This document shows, piece after piece, positions 60,505 to 64,000 of a stretch of 64,000 nt of DNA. The first letter of the stretch is position 1, and every line of letters starts with the position of its first letter. The position numbers were made by a program, and so were the translations under genes. This DNA is from Smithellaceae bacterium (GTDB taxonomy: Bacteria; Desulfobacterota; Syntrophia; Syntrophales; Smithellaceae). The stretch spans positions 1,664,001 through 1,728,000 of the forward strand of contig CAXXVL010000002.1 in the NCBI GenBank assembly GCA_963667845.2. The letters run 5' to 3'. The notes under the pieces were generated by a model. The model saw nothing but the letters and a program-made list of their open reading frames with translations. It searched no databases and was not told where the DNA came from.

Positions 60505-60966
60505 TTAATTTTTGCCGGAAAATTTCTTCCAGTTCTCATCGGCTTTCCTGATGTTGCCGGGGATATCCCGGCTCCATTTTTCAAACGCCTGGCGGCTGCA
60601 ATTGAGGTAGAGCTTCCCATCTACGATCTTCCAGATCTCCGGATCGGTGTGAGCCTTGCGGGCATCTGTCATCGCCCAGGCGCAATACCCGTCATATTGC
60701 GGCGCGTATTTTTCGGGGCTTCCGGCAAACAGATCCCGGTTCTCTGGGGTTATGAATTGCCAGGTCATGCCATGCCAGGTATAATTAAACGACGCGCTGC
60801 CTTGCAACGCCTTGCCTTCCGTGAAATAGGCGACGGCGTCGTATCCCTTGATCGCCGGCGCATCCATCTGCGCCATTCCCGAAGCCGTTTGGCCGGTTCC
60901 CGTAAGTGCCATCAGTACAAATGAAAAACTCATGAGAAGGCCCCTTGTTCCTTTCCGTAAGTTCAT
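60505..60966 (-). CDS. YHS-domain protein, exported
   Basis: AIKGYDAVAYF, F...PEKYAPQYDGYCAWAM, W.IVDGKLYLN; ATG start at 60966. Confidence 0.88.
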   Translation of the reverse strand: MNLRKGTRGLLMSFSFVLMALTGTGQTASGMAQMDAPAIKGYDAVAYFTEGKALQGSASFNYTWHGMTWQFITPENRDLFAGSPEKYAPQYDGYCAWAMTDARKAHTDPEIWKIVDGKLYLNCSRQAFEKWSRDIPGNIRKADENWKKFSGKN

Positions 60967-61122
60967 GGTCCAAACCTCCAAAGTTTCCGTTGTCATCCGT
61001 ATTAAAAATATAATCCTGGAGAAGTGAAAGGCAAGCCCCTGAGGGGACAGTAAATGACAGTCGCCTGCCGTCGTTGAAAGTGTCTCTTAGAAAGACAGGC
61101 AACTGCCGGCTGCTAAGCCCGG

Positions 61123-62472
61123 TTACGGCCTGTCCGGATCAAGGCCTCTGAGGTTGTCCGCCGTATTTTGACGTTCCATGGCAATTTTGGTGACCCGTTT
61201 GTCGAATTCGGGGTGCTTTCTTCTCAGCCGGTGAAAGCTATGCTGGGAAAGCTTGTAGACATCGCAGTAAGAAAGGGCCCGGACGGAGGCGTTGCGCTTT
61301 TCATTCTGAAGAAGCGCGGCTTCGCCGAAGGGCGAGCCCTCGGCCAGCACGGCGATGCGCTTTTCGTTCGCGATCACTTCCACGCTTCCCGTGCTGAGAA
61401 AATACATGCAATCGCCCAGTTCCCCCTGCCGGATCACGAAATCGCCCGGCAGAAAAACAAGCGGCTCCAGTTCCTCGATGACTTCGTGAATGAAAACGTC
61501 GTCCGCATTTTTGAAGAGCGATACTTTTTCGATGATGCCCCGGTTGAGATACAATGAAATCTCGAGCCTCAGCGTCCTGGGAAGCGTCGTCATGAAATCG
61601 ACATCGGTAATTCCTTTGCGCGTTTCCCACAGGTAGTTGTAATAATTCCGGACACGGTCGCGGATGGGCGCGGGAATATGCTTGGTCCGCATATAATTGC
61701 CGACTTCTTCCATCTTGGTCCGGAAGTCCGCCCGTGCCGTGTCGATGTTGACAATCAGCGTGGCCACGTTGCCGATGATGTAGCCGAACATGCCGACGCC
61801 GATGATCTGGACGATGATCGTGTAAATGATCTGGAGGTTGCTGTCATGACTGGGTCCGTAGTCGCCGTAGCCGATCGTGGCGATGGTGGTGATGCACCAG
61901 TACAGAGCACGGATGTACTGATCCCCGAATGAGCGCGCCGCTTCGCTGGCTCCGATGGCGATCCAGCCCAGGGATATGAAATGCGCGATCAGCGCAAACC
62001 AGAAGAAGAACACGATCAGGCGCAGGAGTGCGGGCGGGATACTGACGAATTCCGTGAGTGCGTTGAACGTTGTGGAAATCTTGATCAGCTTCAGCAGTCT
62101 GAGCAGCCGAAAGAGGATCAGGACCTGATAGACCAGTGTCCCCGACGCGTCCTGGCACGCGAACAAAGCGAACGCAGGAGCAAGGGGAAGCGTCGCGAGA
62201 AGGTCCGGGAAAAACCAGGTGCGGAGATAATGTCTTGCCACCGATTTCCGGTCCGCGAGGACGTTCAGTCCGGTTTTTACCTGGGTACTGAAAATGACGA
62301 TGATGTCGAGGCAGAAAAGGATGGTAATCAGCCAGTAAAGCAAATCCGCGGGGTCCTGTCCGGACACCATCCGGTACGGGATGATGAGACCGGAGGCGAA
62401 GACGGCGACGACCATCACAAAATCCCAGCCGATCTTTATCTTGCTGTTATAGGGAATCAACGGAATCTTCAC
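61123..62472 (-). CDS. Cyclic-nucleotide-gated potassium channel (SthK-like)
   Basis: S4 FRLLRLLKLIK, filter TIGYGD, C-linker, CNBD with FGE and RNASV; GTG start at 62472 with GAGGAG RBS. Confidence 0.92.
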   Translation of the reverse strand: MKIPLIPYNSKIKIGWDFVMVVAVFASGLIIPYRMVSGQDPADLLYWLITILFCLDIIVIFSTQVKTGLNVLADRKSVARHYLRTWFFPDLLATLPLAPAFALFACQDASGTLVYQVLILFRLLRLLKLIKISTTFNALTEFVSIPPALLRLIVFFFWFALIAHFISLGWIAIGASEAARSFGDQYIRALYWCITTIATIGYGDYGPSHDSNLQIIYTIIVQIIGVGMFGYIIGNVATLIVNIDTARADFRTKMEEVGNYMRTKHIPAPIRDRVRNYYNYLWETRKGITDVDFMTTLPRTLRLEISLYLNRGIIEKVSLFKNADDVFIHEVIEELEPLVFLPGDFVIRQGELGDCMYFLSTGSVEVIANEKRIAVLAEGSPFGEAALLQNEKRNASVRALSYCDVYKLSQHSFHRLRRKHPEFDKRVTKIAMERQNTADNLRGLDPDRP

Positions 62473-62785
62473 AACGCGGGACTCCTCGAAGGAGATTGCG
62501 ATACCGGCAAACGGTATCAAAAGAGCACCCTGCTGTCAAAGGGGAATAGCGGCCAGGAGTTTCCAGGGGAAGACGGCAGGCGGCCCAAGTCAAAAGAAAG
62601 CTGAAGCGGGGATCCGGATGCCGTATCCGGCAATGGACTAAAAAAGTTAATTGCATCCATCGCTTAAACAAAAATGTATAAATTCCTTGATGTCACTGCC
62701 AAAATGATTTAAAGACCCTACGAACCGATTCATATGTATTAAACGTACGGCACGGCACGATGCGCAAATCAAGGGGAGGAGATAT

Positions 62786-63061
62786 ATGCCTGACTATAGA
62801 ATCAAGATAAGCGAGACGAAAGAAGAAGATCTGGACTATCATCATTACCTGGTAACGGCGAAAAATGAAGACGAGGCAAGAAAGTTCACGATGAGGTTTA
62901 TGGAGCGCTTCATCGATGACGATAATGATCCGGATATCATCGAAAACGGTTACACGTTCTACAATAAAGCGGTTGTTGTTAAACTGGAGTCCATCAAAGA
63001 GACGACTAAGGAACAGTTCAAGGATTTTCTGCTGAAGCTCCACACCATCAACATGACCTGA
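62786..63061 (+). CDS. Small acidic hypothetical protein
   Basis: GGAGGA RBS, plausible composition; no recognised family. Confidence 0.65.
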   Translation: MPDYRIKISETKEEDLDYHHYLVTAKNEDEARKFTMRFMERFIDDDNDPDIIENGYTFYNKAVVVKLESIKETTKEQFKDFLLKLHTINMT

Positions 63062-63132
63062 TCCGGATGTCATAACCGGAGAAGCCGCGAGCAGCTGTCC
63101 AGAACGAAAAAGCCGGACGGGGGAGATACAGC

Positions 63133-63591
63133 ATGTCCGAAAAGATCACCGAAGCATTGCCCGGAAACGCGACAGAAGCGCAGGGCCTTTTAATTAAAGC
63201 CTTCCACGAAAAATGCGGCAGCGACGCTTTGCCTGCAATCGATGACATTCTCGGCCGCCAGGGGCGGGCGCTGGGTCTCAAAGCCGCAGGCAAGCTTGCG
63301 GACAAGAGGCTGTCGACTGTGGCCGCGGCCTTTGCCAAAAATTTCGATCCGGCAACCGTCGACGTTCCATGTTTATCCGATGAAAAATTTCAGATCGTGG
63401 GAACAAAATGCCCGTTCGGGTTGGAAAATACATCGCGCGAGCTCTGTGAAGCGGTGATGGCGATTGATCGCGAATATTTTGCTGCGGCGACGGACGGCAG
63501 GACCACGCTCACGATTTTGCAAACCAGAGCCGCGGGTGATCCGGTCTGCGACACCGTTTACACAGCCCCGGCGCCGGGCTCGGAAACGTGA
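63133..63591 (+). CDS. V4R/ATC-hydrolase-like ligand-binding domain protein
   Basis: KCPFG, LCEAVMAID, TRAAGDPVC Cys pattern; GGAGA RBS. Confidence 0.6.
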   Translation: MSEKITEALPGNATEAQGLLIKAFHEKCGSDALPAIDDILGRQGRALGLKAAGKLADKRLSTVAAAFAKNFDPATVDVPCLSDEKFQIVGTKCPFGLENTSRELCEAVMAIDREYFAAATDGRTTLTILQTRAAGDPVCDTVYTAPAPGSET

Positions 63592-63680
63592 TTCCGGCGG
63601 GGTCATGGGCATGTTCCCGCTCCTGACCCATGGCTTGAGAGCACTGATGCAAACGAGACGTCAGGAGAAGCCCTTCCTTC

Positions 63681-64000
63681 CTAAATCCATTCCAGATATT
63701 TCAAAATGAGGTCGACGCTTTTATCGAGGCCCAGTCTGCCCGTATCGATCGCCAGGTGGTAACGTCGCGCGTCCGCCCACTCTCTGCCTGTGAAGGTGCG
63801 ATGATAGAGCGCTCTTTCCTTATCGCTTTGCTCAATCATTTTTCCGGCGGCTTCCTCCGATACATTGAACATCTTCTGCACACGGCTGATCCGGGAAGCC
63901 GTTTGATCGTGTATAAACAGGCTGACGTGATTCGGATGGTCGCGAAGAACATGCGAGCCGCTTCGTCCGATGATGACGGCCGAACACTCATTCGCGATTT
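63681..64000 (-). CDS. Cytidylate kinase-like family protein (3' part)
   Basis: Extended translation SAVIIGRSGSHVLRDHP...SDKERALYH..TGREWAD..RYHLAIDTG. Confidence 0.85.
   Translation of the reverse strand, partial: IANECSAVIIGRSGSHVLRDHPNHVSLFIHDQTASRISRVQKMFNVSEEAAGKMIEQSDKERALYHRTFTGREWADARRYHLAIDTGRLGLDKSVDLILKYLEWI

Noticed and set aside
61021..61120. c-di-GMP riboswitch
   Set aside because: It lacks the GGCAAAC/GAAA tetraloop/GCAAAGC arrangement on either strand.
7684..64000. Selenoprotein (UGA read-through) genes suggested by selB
   Set aside because: The UGA-ending ORFs I inspected look complete, and I saw no in-frame UGA at a catalytic Cys position; the YHS protein has Cys (GYCAW). 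Not exhaustively tested.

Overview
A roughly 55% GC chromosomal window that most resembles an anaerobic syntrophic deltaproteobacterium (Smithella/Syntrophaceae-like; inferred from gene content). The first half is mostly housekeeping: efp with a KamA/EpmB-type radical SAM gene, a CDF transporter, a frameshifted 4xPAS hybrid kinase, yhaM-like, selB, ruvX, mltG, and a dcw cluster (mraZ to ftsZ) with a MurE-MurF fusion and no ddl. The second half is accessory and metabolic: an AT-richer island with an ankyrin-caspase lipoprotein, a probable sigma54-driven beta-oxidation operon, an orphan TupA-like gene, an amino-acid ABC transporter, an ECF sigma/anti-sigma pair, lipid-related genes, a second exported caspase with an OmpA-like partner, and a cNMP-gated K+ channel. 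The strongest signals that gene calls do not explain are non-coding. A ~100-bp structured repeat occurs five times, with inverted copies bracketing the ABC operon and some copies carrying apparently swapped hairpin arms. A ~180-bp rod-like element with compensatory base changes occurs twice in inverted orientation around the caspase island. There is also a 23-bp inverted-repeat-bounded 103-bp segment, several REP-like palindromes and a probable group II intron 3' remnant. No transposase, CRISPR array, tRNA or rRNA was found. All calls come from manual reading; no searches were run.
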